Shown piece after piece: positions 24,026-37,364 of a DNA stretch of 64,000 nucleotides. The stretch is from contig NC_087437.1 in assembly GCF_036321535.1 (NCBI RefSeq), positions 116,934,001-116,998,000 on the forward strand. The letters are read 5' to 3'. The DNA comes from Camelus dromedarius. Its lineage: Eukaryota. Within the stretch, counting starts at the first letter, position 1. Each line of letters begins with the position of its first letter. The notes beneath the pieces were generated by a model. The model searched no databases, was not told where the DNA came from, and saw nothing but the letters and a program-made list of their open reading frames with translations. The position numbers and the translations under genes are program-made.

Positions 24026-25182
24026 AATGAACCCTTTTAAGCTTATAAATGGAAAGTTTCTCTTCTGCAAAGGGACTTCAATCTTTGATTTTCTTGGTGA
24101 AGGTAAAGGGAAGGCAAGCAGATCACCAGCAACCACCAAGGTATTTTGTGAGAGGAACGTGTCCAAGCAGGGATGGCTCTTGTGAGAGAAAAACACTTGA
24201 ATGTATTTAATGAAACAAATGACAACTGGTTAAACAGCAGCCTTGATGGAGGCACCCCAGAATGGGCAATGAGGAAAAGAGGAAGATAAAGTGAGGATGT
24301 CCCGTGGTCTGTCTCCTGAGCTGAGATGCACTGAGGTGCCAGCTGGGCGATCCAGTGGGCTCTCTGAGCCTCGACGTTTCCATCTCCAAATTGAGCACAA
24401 TTACAAAGCCAGCCCTGTCTACAGCACGTGAGTGGATGTAATATGGTTTCAGTCACGTCTTTCTCAGAGCCCTTGGATGTGGATCACTGCCTGTGATCCA
24501 CATGAACAACCCCCTCTAGTGATCTGAGGGCAGGGGTGTTCATCTTCCAAACTGCTCTGATGAGGACCATGAGCTGGACAAACACTGCTAATCGCTCCCA
24601 CCAACTCTGGACACCAGCTTGGGCCACACGCTTTCTCAGAGCCCATCCTACCCTGCTAATGACAGCCCACCCTTGGGCCCTTGCCTGGGGGTTCTCGAGG
24701 GTGTCCTGCCCACTCTGTGAACAAATCCGGTCAAATGTCCAATGACCACCACTTAAATCGCCTGTTTCCCTCCTCAGCTCCTCCTCTGGGCTCAGGGCCA
24801 GGTCCCACTGTGCCCACCAGGCGCCACCCCAACCCTGGATTCTTTCTTCCCGCCATGTGTCCGAGGTGACACAGGGCATCTGCAGCTGCCCAGTGACTGT
24901 GCACATTTGATTCTGAGAAGCTGGGGTCAAAGCCAAGAACTGTCATCCATCTGCACAGTGACACACATAAGAGAACCGGTTAAAACAAATCCATTTATAG
25001 TACAAACATGGGTTGACTGTTCGTGCTCTGGGGTGTTTGCAAGTGTTTATAAACACGGTTTATAAAAATGTAATCAAACTCCACAGCCCTTGGTTTTTAA
25101 AGGAAACAAGGACATTTTCCTCTGGGTTTTGTCTTTGACTTTGCCATTAAGATGGCAGGAATCTTGGGTGCAATCACCTTTT

Positions 25183-25386
25183 TGTTTTCATTGAAGTATA
25201 CAATGTGTCAGTGTCTGGTGTACAGCATGTTTCAGTCATACACGTTCATACATGAATTTGTTTTCATATTCTTTTTCATTATAGGTTACCACAAGATATT
25301 GAGTATAGTTCCCTGTGCTCTACAGAAGAAATTTGGTTTTTTATCTATTTTTATATGTAATAGTATTTGCAAATCTCGAACACCCA
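25183..25386 (-). mobile_element. Camelid/artiodactyl L1 3'UTR fragment
   Basis: ttgaagtatacaatgtgtcagtgtctggtgtacagc...caagatattgagtatagttccctgtgct. Confidence 0.85.
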
Positions 25387-25742
25387 TGCTGAATATTTTC
25401 TGAGTCCCCAAATCATAAATTCTAGTTGAAGCAGAAATCTTTCACTTAGAAGATACCCCTTATTGACACAGAGGCAGAAAATGAATTTTCCAAGAGAATA
25501 GAGCCTCGGACGTGCCCGCCATGTGGGTGGCACTCCAGAAAGAAGTGATGTCTCTTGCAATTCACAGCTCATGCCATCAGGTACCCATGATGTGAGCTAC
25601 CTAGAGGCACACGGTGCCTGCAAATTTTTAAAAATAAGTCAATAAATAAATGAAGCTAATACATGAATAGAGTCAACTGACCTTGTCATACCCCCTCTCA
25701 GATGCTCCCGGAGCATAGATGGGGCGCAGGCAGAAACAGCGA

Positions 25743-25753
25743 TGCTGAGTCAC
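25743..25753. promoter_or_regulatory. ARE/MARE (NRF2/BACH1-sMaf) motif
   Basis: TGCTGAGTCAC exact match; motif only, no functional evidence. Confidence 0.3.
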
Positions 25754-26696
25754 TTCATCTTGGGTCTCTCTTGATTTGCTGCCCAAACGATACACACTGG
25801 ACTTGCAAGCCGTTCAAGCAAGCCTGAAAAGGGCAGGGAGAAAAATAGAACATCCTGGGACAAAGCTTCAGCCACCACACTGAGAGGCTGGTCCACATGC
25901 CGGTCTCTGTGTGGGTTGGAAGCTATTTCCTCCAGGTCCGATGGATTATTCTAGCACCCAAAGTTTTCCCAAAAAATGTCAGGCGAGTTTAACCACAGCA
26001 ATTAAGCTGTCTGCCATCTGCGAGAGGCTTGGCTTAAGGTTTACTGAAGTTGAATCTATTTTGAAAAGAAAAAAATTAAGTCTTTCAATGTTTTGTATAT
26101 CAGCCAAGCTCCGCCGCGTGAGGCCTCTCAAGAGAGGCTGGTTCTCCCTAAAAGAATAATTTAGGGCTGGAACCCTGAAATTCCAGAACCTAAGGAACAC
26201 CCACAGAATGAATTAGCCCTTAAGAAACACTGTGCCTAGACTTGGGCTTGGTGAAGTTAAAACTTTACGAGGAAGTTCAGCCAAGCAGCTGAGATCAACA
26301 CTCTTTACCACCTTCCCAAGTGGCAAGTTATTTTCAGAAAACTAAACTTGAACATTAGCTGAATTTCATTCTCAGCCCAGTTTCTTTAAAGTAAAGAAGT
26401 GTCTAAAATGATGACAGGAAGACCTGCGGGGTCACAGCCCGAGTGTCTGCAGCCTTACATTCTCTCAGCAAAATTTCCTGGCTGAACCAAAGCCTTCGTG
26501 CGGGTGGGGGGAGGTTACGTTTCAATTACACATGCGCCTCAGAATATTATGATTATTGTCAGTTGCCCACCTTTAACCCAGAGTGGCTTTTATTCTTTAT
26601 TGAGAAAAATACATATATTCCAGAAAGCAAAAAAAAAATGTTATCCTCTGTGTCTTCCTCATTTTTCTCCAGGAATGAGTGACAGGTTTTTCTCAT

Positions 26697-26897
26697 CTGT
26701 GTGCTGCTGGTAAACCATCTCTTTGAGAGGAAAGTCAAAATCGCGGCTTGTAGCCTTTGCCAGTTTCCATGGTGTAAATGCTCCCACCGTGGCTGTTCCA
26801 AGGCAGCAACAGTTTAACAACCAGATCCCTCAAATTTCTGATTATTTAACAATTGGTTCTCAGAAGAGGGTATAAGCCAGCTTCGGCTCACCACACT
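26697..26897. mobile_element. MER63-like hAT-Blackjack MITE
   Basis: tttccatggtgtaaatgctcccaccgtggct...tttaacaaccag...tttaacaattggttctc...agccagcttcggctcaccac. Confidence 0.65.
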
Positions 26898-27554
26898 CTT
26901 GAAGAGAATTATTATTATTGTCCATGACATATATTACTCATCCAATCTATGCAGCCAACTTTACGAGGCATTGGTAAAGTTCCAGCAGAAAGGGTGGACC
27001 ATAGAAAAGGTCTCTGCTTTAACAAGAGGGAGAAAACACAATAAAGGGCTGCAAAAACACAGTTGGATCGAGCCCTCTTTTTATGCTACATCAATTTGGA
27101 ATATTCGCTCCGCTTCTGGACATAACTTTTTAAGACAGTTGTAGGATCCAAGAGTGTCCAGGCAATGAAACTAAGGTGGTGGCAGGCACTGAAACCATAT
27201 GGTTTGGGGGACGGTGGAAAAGAACCGAGTATGTCTAACGTGGGATGCAAGAGATGGACCCACAGAAAGCACTTGCCAAATCCAAGATCTTTAAGAGGGT
27301 GGTGACTTGGAAGAGGAGGTAGGAGTGGCTTTCTTTTGTTCCAAAGAGGCAAGCTAGATCTACCGAGTGTGAGACACACGGGGCAGATTTCTGTTCACAG
27401 AAGGAAAAGCTTTCTAAAAAATATTAAAGTTATAATATCAGGAGATTAGACCATCATCATCATAACCTCTTGTAACATTTCCATCCATTTCCCTTAGGTC
27501 ACACACATTCTCTTGTCCAGTTCTCCCAATGGCATCACGATTCAGGGATTCGCT

Positions 27555-27645
27555 GCTCCTTCATAGAAGAGGAGACTGAGGCTCAGGGAGGTCACGTAAC
27601 TTCTCCAAGATCCTTGACGGCAGAAGCAGGACCCAGACCAGCTGT
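27555..27645 (-). mobile_element. MIR core remnant
   Basis: atagaagaggagactgaggctcagggaggtcacgtaacttctccaagatc. Confidence 0.7.
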
Positions 27646-28699
27646 CCTCATTCGAGGGTTGTTTCTCAGAATGATGTTAGAATGGCCACATTGAAAGGTG
27701 AGCACTGGTTAAAGAAGCTGAAGTGGGTGCCCTTCCCGGAGCCCCAGCACCCTGGATTGGGGGTGCGAACTGGATACAGGAATGCATTCTGTACTCCTTC
27801 GTAGGCTGTTCTCCTGGAAATGTCATCATTTACCTGTTCCAACAACCTCAGTGGGAAACAGCGTCAGTAATCCAAGCAGCTGCTGGGGCCTCGCCGCCCA
27901 CCGCGGCCGCAGGACAAGCCCACCCCGGGGGGCCTGAGCAAGGTTGTCCCACTCCCGGGGAGGAGTCCAGGTAAACATTCCAGATGTTGAGCCACAATCC
28001 ACCAAAAATGAAAATATTGCTCATTCAGAGATCACAGAACATAATTCTGAGGAGAACAAGGATTTCTTCTCCGGGGGTTGTTACGGGTGGTCACAGATTC
28101 AAGAAGGCTCCAGAACATGGTAGAGATTCCTCTCTCTCTGCATTGGTCCACCCACTGCCCATCCAGCCACTTGCATCCCAAGGCCCGCACTTAACCCAGG
28201 GCACAGACAGTAAGACCGCAGGCTCCTGCCACTGGGGTCTTTCTCACAAATAATTGTCACTTTGTAGATGTAAGCTGCAATCCCCCCATCCATCCCCCTC
28301 ATCACAGACCTGAAGACGTTTCAGGGGGTGGAAGACGCCCCTAGGTGGGCTAGTCATGCGGATACTGGATGCTCCTCTCAGTTGACCCTGAACTCAGGAC
28401 ATACCAGGCCAGCTTAGCTGTGTGGTCCTCCCTCCCCGCCCCGCGCAGACATCCCTCGGGGGAGCTGACTCCTGGCCAGTGAGCGCTGGCAGCCGAGCTT
28501 GCCTCTGGCGACACAGACAGCCCCCAGCCAGGGCCCTGCCTCCCGGCGGGCCCGGCCCTGCTGCCACTCGTGCTGTGACGTAGCGTCTCCACTCAAGGGC
28601 TAAGTGCTTAGCGAGTGTCTTATCCCCTCAAAGACGACAAACACGTTACCCTACAGCTTGGGAAGTTCTGGCCCTTTTGGACAACGTGGGGGGATGAGT

Positions 28700-28712
28700 G
28701 GAAAATGAAACT
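28700..28712. promoter_or_regulatory. ISRE-like motif
   Basis: GGAAAATGAAACT fits GAAANNGAAACT; motif only. Confidence 0.3.
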
Positions 28713-29508
28713 TCACTGGGAAGGCATTGGACAGACTCCAAATAACACAGTGAGAACCAACACAGAAAACCAGAATGTTTTCTCTGCACACATGTGCGAA
28801 CCCACAACCGGCTCCTGGGGGAGAACACCGGCACCACACTTTGCCCCTAAACAAGGTTTTCCATCTTTCTGGATTTGGGCATCTGGAGATGGTCCCCCTG
28901 GTGACATGCTGGAACAGAAATGAGGCCGCCACGCAGGCTAATGTGCTGTCCATCAGTCTAGTTGTTGCCCCTTCCCCTCCCCCTCCCCCCCCCAAGAGTT
29001 TGGCCTTCCAGCCCCTGGGAAGGCAGGAGAGCTGGCAGAAAATGGCCGGGCTCTGGGGGAGAGGGCAGCTTTCCATCAGTCTTACCCTGACTACGTCTGC
29101 AGCCAGGGTGCACTCTGGGTATCCCTAAGGAGGGCCTCGATGCTTCTGCAAAGAGCTTGACCAGGGCTCAGGGTCCTGGCATCTCAGCCCTCAAGTCTCA
29201 AGAGCCCAGCAAGGGGACCCCTGTGGCCCCTCTGAGCACAGCACAGCTGCACGTGAACCGGCGGGCCCCTCGCCCACAAAGCAAGCCTCAGGGTCTCCCC
29301 ATCCCCGGCCCCTCGGTGGCCCAGCCAAAGGCAAAGGTTGGGAATGAAGCATGGAGGCCTGTCAGGCCTCCTGAGACCCTCCTCCAAGTGTCACCCCTCT
29401 TCCAAGTGGCTCTTCCCAGTCCCCAGGGAAACTGAGACCTCACGCCCCCACGCCCCCCCAGCCCAGTCATGCCTTGGTTGCATTCAACCTTTTTAATGGT
29501 TACTTGTT

Positions 29509-30020
29509 AGGATGGTTAATCTCATGTGTCAACTTGGTTGGTCTACAGTAAAACCAAGTTTGGTCAAACACAGGTGTGGCTGTGAAGGTATTTTTTCAGG
29601 TGTGATTCACATTTAAATCAGTAGCCTTGGAGTAAAGTCGATTTCCCTCCATAATGTGGGTGGGCCTCGTCCAAGCAGTCGAAGGCCTTAAGAGAAGAGG
29701 CTGAGGTTACTTGAGGAAGAGAGAATTCTGCCTCTAGGCTACCTCTGGACTCAAGCTGCAATATCATCTCCTCCCTGTGTCTCCAGACTGCTGTTCTGCC
29801 CTGCAGATTTTAGATTTTTAGATTTTAAGAAGAATAGATAGTTGGATATATATATATATATATAAAATTCATGAATCATAGGAATCTGTGCTATAAGTAT
29901 CTGTTCTCTCTCTCTATATATATATAAACCATTATATTATATATTATATTATATATACATAGAGAGAGAGAGAAATATGCACATTCTATTTGTTCTGTTT
30001 CTCTGGAGAACCCTGACACT
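29509..30020 (+). mobile_element. ERVL LTR (MLT2D-like) with internal (TA)n/(TC)n/(GA)n
   Basis: gatggttaatctcatgtgtcaacttgg...ccctccataatgtgggtgggcctcgtccaagcagtcgaaggcctt...tgttctgtttctctggagaaccctgac. Confidence 0.9.
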
Positions 30021-31834
30021 CACTGGTAGACAGATGGGACTCCCTAAAATACTATCTGGATAATAAGTCAAAAATGGGCACAAGCTGAGTCTCTTCTACC
30101 TCCGTGACCCCCAGCAGGTGCCCAGCCCCTGACTTGCCACAAAACACGTCCTCAACACACACACATTGGACAGGGCCCCCAGACCGAGCAGGGACAGGGT
30201 GAGGTGTGGGAAGCTGGCCACGCAGGTCACGCCCCGAGAGCCTGGCTGCCTCCCGGGTGATCTGCAGGGAGAAGTCGTTGGTGCACGTGCATGGACACCA
30301 TCCCTCCCACCCTGACACCCACACCCCACAGAGTCAAGTGCCTGACTGGCACCATCCAAAAATCTTGCGGTGCTCATTTGGCATGAATGAGGTCTGAGGA
30401 TGGTCTGCAAATTTCAGTTGACCACACCATCCCAGAGAGAGTCAGAATCTTCCAGATTCCTGGACCACGGGCTGTTCTGTCCAAAGTCTAGGCTCCCTTC
30501 CGACAGCCCAGGGCCGCCCAGAGCAAGGGCGGTCCCTCGGCGCGGGGAGGGCAGCCACAGCTCGGCCTCTCCAGCAAGGAGGCTTCTCCCCGACGGATGA
30601 GGCCCCGGGTCCTCTCCATCCCGACAGTGCTCACCATTTCCTGCTAATCTGGGAGGAAACAGGTGCTGATGTAAAACCCCAGCCACTTGCCCCAGGGCCT
30701 CGCCACGCCACCTGCGGCTCACACCCCCGGGGGTCCTCAAAGGCACGTCCTCTCTTGGCCCGCTGCTCTTAGCTTTTCCTGTGCAAAATCCCAACAGTGG
30801 CCCCAGCTCCTTCCTGGGGCCTTGAACGCTGGTTCTCCTTGAATCCGCAGCAGTCCCCACCCGCCGCTGTTGGGAGGGACTTCCCCGCCCCTCCCTGCCC
30901 CCACGCAGCCTCTGGTAAGATGTGGGCCCCCCGTTTCCCCCTCCTCCCCCATCAGCATCAGAGTAAACAGAAGAGAAATCCAGGCAAGAATCTGAGCACA
31001 TCTCAGAACACAGGAGGCTGGGAGTGAAATTCTTGATTTGTTCAAAGAGATTTGTGACGGCCACTCGAAGTGGAGAACTGGGGGGGCCGCCAGGTGCCTC
31101 CTCAGAACCACCCACTGAGATCAAGCAGCTGATAAAAGAACGTGGTGGGTCTAAGGGCCTCTTCAACGCTGAGAAAATAGGAGGTGGGCCCCGGGTGGGT
31201 GTTGGAGGGTGGGGTGAGGGGCAGGTAGGGGAAGCCATCAAGTCCCGGGGGTCCCACGTAGGGGCTGGGAAGGCACCTTCGACTTGTGGCTCCTTCTCTC
31301 CTCCAGAAACCATCAGAGCAGACCCCTCCCAGATCCCCGCCCCCCGACTGGCACTGCTCAGCTGAGGACCAGGAGCCGTGCAGGGAATTTGGGGTACTCA
31401 GGACCCCCCGCCGCAAGACAGCGAGTGCAGAGCAAAACAACCGCTTTGCATGCCCAACCTTGGAGCCCGGACCCGAGCATCCCTGCCCACCCGTACCCCC
31501 TTCCTCGGTGGGTGGCCTCGCGCCCACCGGGGGCATTCCCTGCAGCTCTGACCAGCCGAGCATTCCGAGGGCAGTTGTTTGCAGCTGGCTTCCCACCAAA
31601 GAGAAGCGCCCAGAAGGAAGTGAGAGCGGGGCTGAGAGTGGGAGGCGAGGCTGGTGAGCCCTGTGCACACTAGAAGTTTCTGTCTTCCTAAAATTCACCC
31701 CAACCACCTCCATTAGGCCTTTTCTCCAACCCCCAGGGAGACAGTATCACCCTGCTGATAGTAATACTTAGAAGATAAGGGTTGGAAGAAAGTGAAATTT
31801 CAAATCTCCCAAAAGGAAAATGTGGATTACCCAC

Positions 31835-32283
31835 TGTGTTGGTTTACCCGGGCCGCCTGCGTGAAGCGGCACCACCTGGCTGTCTTCCGACAACTGAAGT
31901 GTCTCCTCTCATAGTTCTAGAAGTCCAAGGCCAACAGCAGAGCAGGGCCAGGCTCCCCCTGAAGGCTCTAGGGGGCCACTGTGTCCTGGGCCTCTCCGCC
32001 AGCTTCCGGGGGTTGCTGGCCATCCTTGGGGGTCCCTGGCTGGGGAGGCCCCACCCCATCTCTGCCTCCGTCATCACACGGCGAGTCCTGGTGTGTCCAT
32101 GTCTCCTCTCCTCGTCCTACAGGGACACCAGTCATACTGGACTCGGGCCCACCTCACTCCAGTCTGGCCACCTCTTAGCTAGTTGCATCTGCAACAACAC
32201 TTCTTCCAAACACGGGCCCACGCACAGGAGCCAGGGGCCGGCGCCTCAGCGTGCCTTTCTAGAGCACACGACTCAGCCACAGC
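31835..32283 (-). mobile_element. MaLR LTR (MLT1C-like)
   Basis: ctctcatagttctagaagtccaag...gaaggctctagggg...catctctgcctccgtcatcacacgg...agggacaccagtcatactgga...catctgcaacaac. Confidence 0.8.
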
Positions 32284-33739
32284 ACCTACCACGGAACAAA
32301 ACCAAACTCTCACCGGGGCTGTCAGAGGGACAGCGGGGAACCGCTTGAATATTCTGAAGGAAAAGCATTTTACCCTAAAATAGTGAGCTTCGTGACGAAA
32401 AACTAAGTAACTTACAGAGGAAGTGACGTTATTCTCATACATACATGATTTCAAAGAACTTATTCCACAGGGGCCTATTTGAGAAAATCTTTGAGGCATT
32501 TACTCTGGCAGGAAGAAAAAAAAACCAGAAGAAGGCAGGAGGATAGAATAAGTGAGGATCAGTGTAAAATTCAGCAAAAGAAAAAAGTGTGGTCAAAATT
32601 AGCCGTGAGTCCGAAATATTATGTTCCTCGTGCCTCAGGCCAAGTTCCCAGCAGCAGAGCCTGGCAGAGGCTCTCGTGAAGGGGTTGCAGGGCTCAGGGG
32701 AGCGAGGGAGGCAGGACTGGGCTGGAAACGCAGGGAGCGGCTGGAGTCCAGCTCTGACCAGCTCACCGGTGGTCAGTAACTGGCCAAAGGCTGTCCAGGG
32801 CGAGGCAGACCATGGGGGCCTGGGAGCTGTTAGCAGGCAGCTCTCAGCCCTCTGAAGGGCCCTTGGGGGGCACCAGCAGTGCCCACTATGCAGACTGATG
32901 TGGGAATAAACTCCAGATACAACTGTGTGAACAGATGTCGGGGGCAGGGGTGGGAAGGCCAGAGCGAGACCACAGGGAGGTGAGAAGGTTCTTGTCTCAT
33001 TTGGGGAGAAGACAAATATAGCAATGACCTTTCAATACTAAAAGGAAATTTATGCAGATGTGGGGCTTAATAAGTTAGGGGTGATGCGCAAAGGGGTCAA
33101 ATTAGGACAACGACTTTTGAACCAGCTACGTGCAGGGTGGCTGGGAGCCGATAGCCCAGGGCTTTGGGGGCACCCCGCCCCAGCAGGGGCTCCAGGTGCA
33201 AAAGCCACGCCCAAAGCAAGGCGGGTACACCCCTCCCCTGCAGGGTCTCGCTAGACTGTGGACCCTAGGCTGGAGTGCTCCCCACCCAGGGTCCAGTGTG
33301 GTCAAGTCAATCCCCAGCCGTTCACCCCCTCACCCCAAGGGGCAGGTCACCAAGGACATCTGAGGACAGCACAGACATCCTGCTGAACGCTTCCTAACAC
33401 GTGCTCATTTTTTAACTGAAGTCTTAAAGGTATTCACGCTCTTAGACTCAACAAGTCCACTTCCAGAAACAGACATGTGCTCAAAGACTTGCGGGTATGG
33501 AATTCTATCATATTTCATCATATTAAAAACAGAACCAGCCTACGTGTCTGACAGCAGGAGCCTGTTGAAATAAACTAGGGTGGAGCAGGTGGGCAGGGGG
33601 TGATGGGGGTGGGGGCCAGCGAGTCAAGAGGTCCAGCCCTGGCTCAGGTCCAGCAGGCCCCCTCTTAAGCCCTGTGAATGTCCCAGACATGTTCCGTTCA
33701 GTACCATTTCTCATCTGTAAAACAGAGACAAAAGTAACA

Positions 33740-34460
33740 CCTGCCCATTTCAGTCCTGTCTCTCCCACTAAGCGCAGCTATAAAACCTGGACAGAATTCA
33801 TGAGCACTCTGGAAAGTAAACGGCGGCAGGTAGGCGACCAGGAAAAAAGGCCAGAATTCAGAGGCTCACCCAACCGAAGGGGAGTTGACCATTTCTTCTT
33901 CCCACCAGTGGCCTGAACTCAACCAGCTGCCACCCCAGGGCGCTCATCAGGGTGGACAGGGAGCCCTCCGGGAGTGGAAGGGGCTCTCCTAAGGCTCTGA
34001 TTGTGGGAGGAAGCTCTGTGGGTTTCTTCCTTTTTTCCTTTTCTCCCTGCTTCCAGGCTGGTCCCTAAGCAATTCCATGTCCATGACAGTGAAGAGGGCT
34101 CAGGAGTCCAACACTCAGGGTGGGAACCAGAATGCCCTGCTTGCCTCAGAGCTCTGCTAGGTGCTCCCCTGCCCGCAGTGCTGTTCCCTGTGTCCCAGCG
34201 CTCCCCCAACCCAGCTTCCCTGCGCAAGTGCACCTCACAGGAGAGGACTTCTCTGCCAATCTGTCTAAAACCAAAGCCACTTCCCCTCTCGCACTTGTCC
34301 ACCTGGAGAGACTCAGTGCTGGATGTACCCAGAGCTGCCTGCAAGCTTTCACGCCCTCAGCCCTGTGTTTTGAGTCAGCCTATCCCAGATGGGTTCCCAG
34401 ATGTATCTGAAAGTCCATGGTTTGGGTTGGCGGGTGGAGGGGGGGGTCCTAACTAGTACT
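33740..34460 (+). mobile_element. Probable old L1M 5' end remnant
   Basis: ctctcccactaagcgcagctataaaacctggacagaattcatgagcactctggaaagtaaa resembles L1M 5' ends; extent uncertain. Confidence 0.4.
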
Positions 34461-34504
34461 CAGGTGGCAAACCACAGGTCTACCCCTTCACCCCTTACCC
34501 CTGG

Positions 34505-34682
34505 GCACTTCTCACTAACTGCCATATCTTAAAATTGCTTACTTATCATCTGTCCTGCCTGCCCAAATGTGAACTCCTTGGAGACAATGACCCATGGCCA
34601 TCTGGTTCTATTATGTAGCCCCAGAGCCAGAAGGGGTCCTAACCCAGCAGGCACTTAATAAACTTGTGTTCAATGAATAAAT
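34505..34682 (+). mobile_element. L2 3' end
   Basis: aatgtgaactccttggagaca...tgtagccccagagccag...gcaggcacttaataaacttgtgttcaatgaataaa. Confidence 0.75.
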
Positions 34683-34975
34683 ACAGGGATGGTTGGGATT
34701 CTGAATAAGCATTCATTGCTTTGATGATAAAAAGTTATTCTAAAATAAAGTCTTTAATCTCCAGCTAGGAACAATAATTAAATCCAGTATTATGGAGTCA
34801 TACGGGAACAGACACATTTCTATATTTTCAAGGTGCTACAAATGTAACCTGGATGTTTAGCAAAGTGGCCAGGTGTGATGAAAATTACAAAGGTAGTCAT
34901 ACCCCTTGCTAGGACTCCAGTGAAGTCACTGAATAACCAAATGAACTGCAGAGACATTGTGCAAAAATGCCACAG

Positions 34976-35285
34976 CGGTGGATTTCTAGGGCAGTGAAAC
35001 TATTCTGCATGATTCTGAAATGGTGAATACATGTCATTATGCATTTGTCAAAAGCCATACGAAGTACAACACAAAGAGTGACCCCTAATGTAAATGAGGT
35101 CTTTAGTTAATAATAATGTATCCATAGTGGCTCATTGATTGTAACAAATACAGCACTTGGACACATGCTAATAACAGGAGGAGCTGTGGGAGGGAGTGGG
35201 AAGGGGTTTCTGGGAACTCTGCACTTTTGACTCATTTTTCCATAAACCTAAAACTGCTCTAAAAAGGTCTATTAATTAATAATAA
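34976..35285 (+). mobile_element. L1MC-like 3' end
   Basis: agggcagtgaaactattctgcatgat...catgtcattatgcatttgtcaaaa...cacaaagagtgacccctaatgtaaa...aaacctaaaactgctctaaaaa. Confidence 0.85.
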
Positions 35286-35865
35286 ATTTTTAAAATTTTA
35301 AGCTACAGCACTGTTTATAAGCATGAGCGGCTGGAAACCACTTGAGTTCATGGTGATCCAGAAATGATGAGGGAACTACTAAGATAATGTGTGCTTTGCA
35401 GAATACATGATGGGTTTTGTTTTAATCTCATGCACATTGATTTTATCTTAGGCTCCACACCCTTGAAGAAGGTCGGATTATCACCCCTCCCTCCCGAAGG
35501 AGACAGCAGGGTCAGGTGGAGAGATGGGAGGGTTCCCCTCTGGTCCTAAAGCTTCAGGGGACTCAGACCAGGTGTCCTGGCTCCAAGCCCATGGTTCTTC
35601 TACCACATCATATCATACATAAAAAAGGGACACCAGAGAGGATTATGCTGCTGCATAGAAAACCAGATAGTGGCAAAAACTATAACATATGACAGGGAAA
35701 TAAAACAGGACTCAAGGAGAAAATCTGAACTAATGCTGGAAGAGATTTTGAAGTTAAAAAGTCGTTAATATGATTGAACATTTGTCAGCTGGTTGTTAGG
35801 GCTTTATGAAGATGGTCAGGTTTATAATGATCATCTTTTAAAGAGATTCATAGCTCAGGGTCCCA

Positions 35866-36800
35866 TAAATAGACATTTCTCCAAAGACATCCAGATGGCC
35901 AACAGGCACATGAAAAGATGCGCAATACTGCTAATTATTAGAGAAATGCAAATCAAAACTACAATGAGGTACCATCTCACGCTGGTCAGAATGGCCATCA
36001 TTAAGAAGTCTACAAATAATCGATGCTGGAGAGGGTATGGAGGAAAAGGAACCCTCCTACACTGTTGGTGGGAATGAAAATTGGTGCAGCCACTATGGAG
36101 AATAGTATGGAGGTTCCTTAAAAAACTAAAAATAGAGTTACCACATGATCCAGCAACCCCACTCTTGGGCATATATCTGGAGAGAACTCTAATTCAAAAA
36201 GATACATGCACTCCAGTGTTCATAGCAGCACTGTTTACAATATCCAAGACATGCAAGCATCCTAAATGTCCACTGACGAATGGATAAAGAATATGTGGTG
36301 TGTGTATATATATATATAATATATATGTGTGTGTGAATATTACTCAGCCATAGAAAAGAATGCAATGATGCCATTTGTAGCAACAGAGATGGACCTGGAG
36401 ATTATAACATGAAGTAAAGGAAGTCAAAGACAAACATCATAACACTTACATGGGGAATCCAGAAAAAAAAGATACAAACTTATTTACAAACCAGAAATAG
36501 ACTCATAGACATAGAAAACAAACACGGTTACCAAAGGGAAAAGCAGGGAGAGAGGGATAAATTAGGAGTTTGGGATTAACAGATATACATCACTATATAT
36601 AAAACAGATAAATGGCAAGGATTCACGCTATAGCACAGGGAGCTATATTCAATATCTTGTAACAGCCTATAATGGAAAAGAATCTGAAAAAGAATATATG
36701 TATATATAACTGCAGTTACATGTATATAACTGAACCAGTTTGCTGTACACCAGAAACTAACATTGTAAATGAACTACACTTCAATTAAAAAGAAAAAAAA
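35866..36800 (+). mobile_element. 5'-truncated artiodactyl/camelid L1 (disrupted ORF2 C-terminus, 3'UTR, poly-A)
   Basis: Translation [18 protein letters not shown]...[13 protein letters not shown]...HCWWE-stop...[30 protein letters not shown]; exact 14-bp TSD agctcagggtccca at 35852-35865 and 36801-36814. Confidence 0.95.
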
Positions 36801-36844
36801 AGCTCAGGGTCCCAGGAGTTACTCTTACTGGTGCTGAAATGCCC

Positions 36845-37364
36845 TGACTCACCAGCGACCTCTCTGCTGTCTCTTGTCCCCTGACTCGCATATCCACGTG
36901 GGCCTGGCCCTCAGGCAGTCAGGATCCTAACCCATGATTCCTCCGCAGGATCCTCCCTCCCTAAGCCTGTGTGCTTCCCCCCTCCCCCAGGCTGTACCTG
37001 CAGGCTTAGATGAATCTTGGGTGATGACAGCCATTTGCCCGTCAGAAGGCCTTGTTAAGAATGACTCAGTGCCGGGGAGAAAGCAGCCTCGTGACTCAGG
37101 CGGGTCCGGCTCTCCTGCGCAGTCACCAGGCAGGCAGCGGGGATTCCGTGGGTCCTGGGGAGGGCTCCTGGGGCTCCCCAGGTGATCCGGGAGAAGAAAG
37201 AAGCTGAGGTTGTGCAGCTCCCGGCAGCGGCCTCCGGGTCCTGCCACTCACCACAGCACCAGCGGGACAGGGAAGGAGCAGTTACAAAGGGGGGGCCACA
37301 GTAACATCAAGGGTCACCACCGTCTCCGTTTCAAAGAAGGCACTCAGGGCAGTTTAGTGAGTCA
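36845..37364. promoter_or_regulatory. AP-1 site cluster, candidate enhancer
   Basis: TGACTCA at 36845, 37062 and 37092; TGAGTCA at 37358. Confidence 0.45.

Noticed and set aside
30414..31713. 299-aa and 203-aa minus-strand ORFs
   Set aside because: Pro/Gly/Arg-rich chance ORFs with overlapping ORFs in other frames and no recognisable homology
35793..36287. L1 ORF2-like ORFs as a functional CDS
   Set aside because: 5'-truncated copy with an in-frame stop and no endonuclease or RT domain; non-autonomous relic
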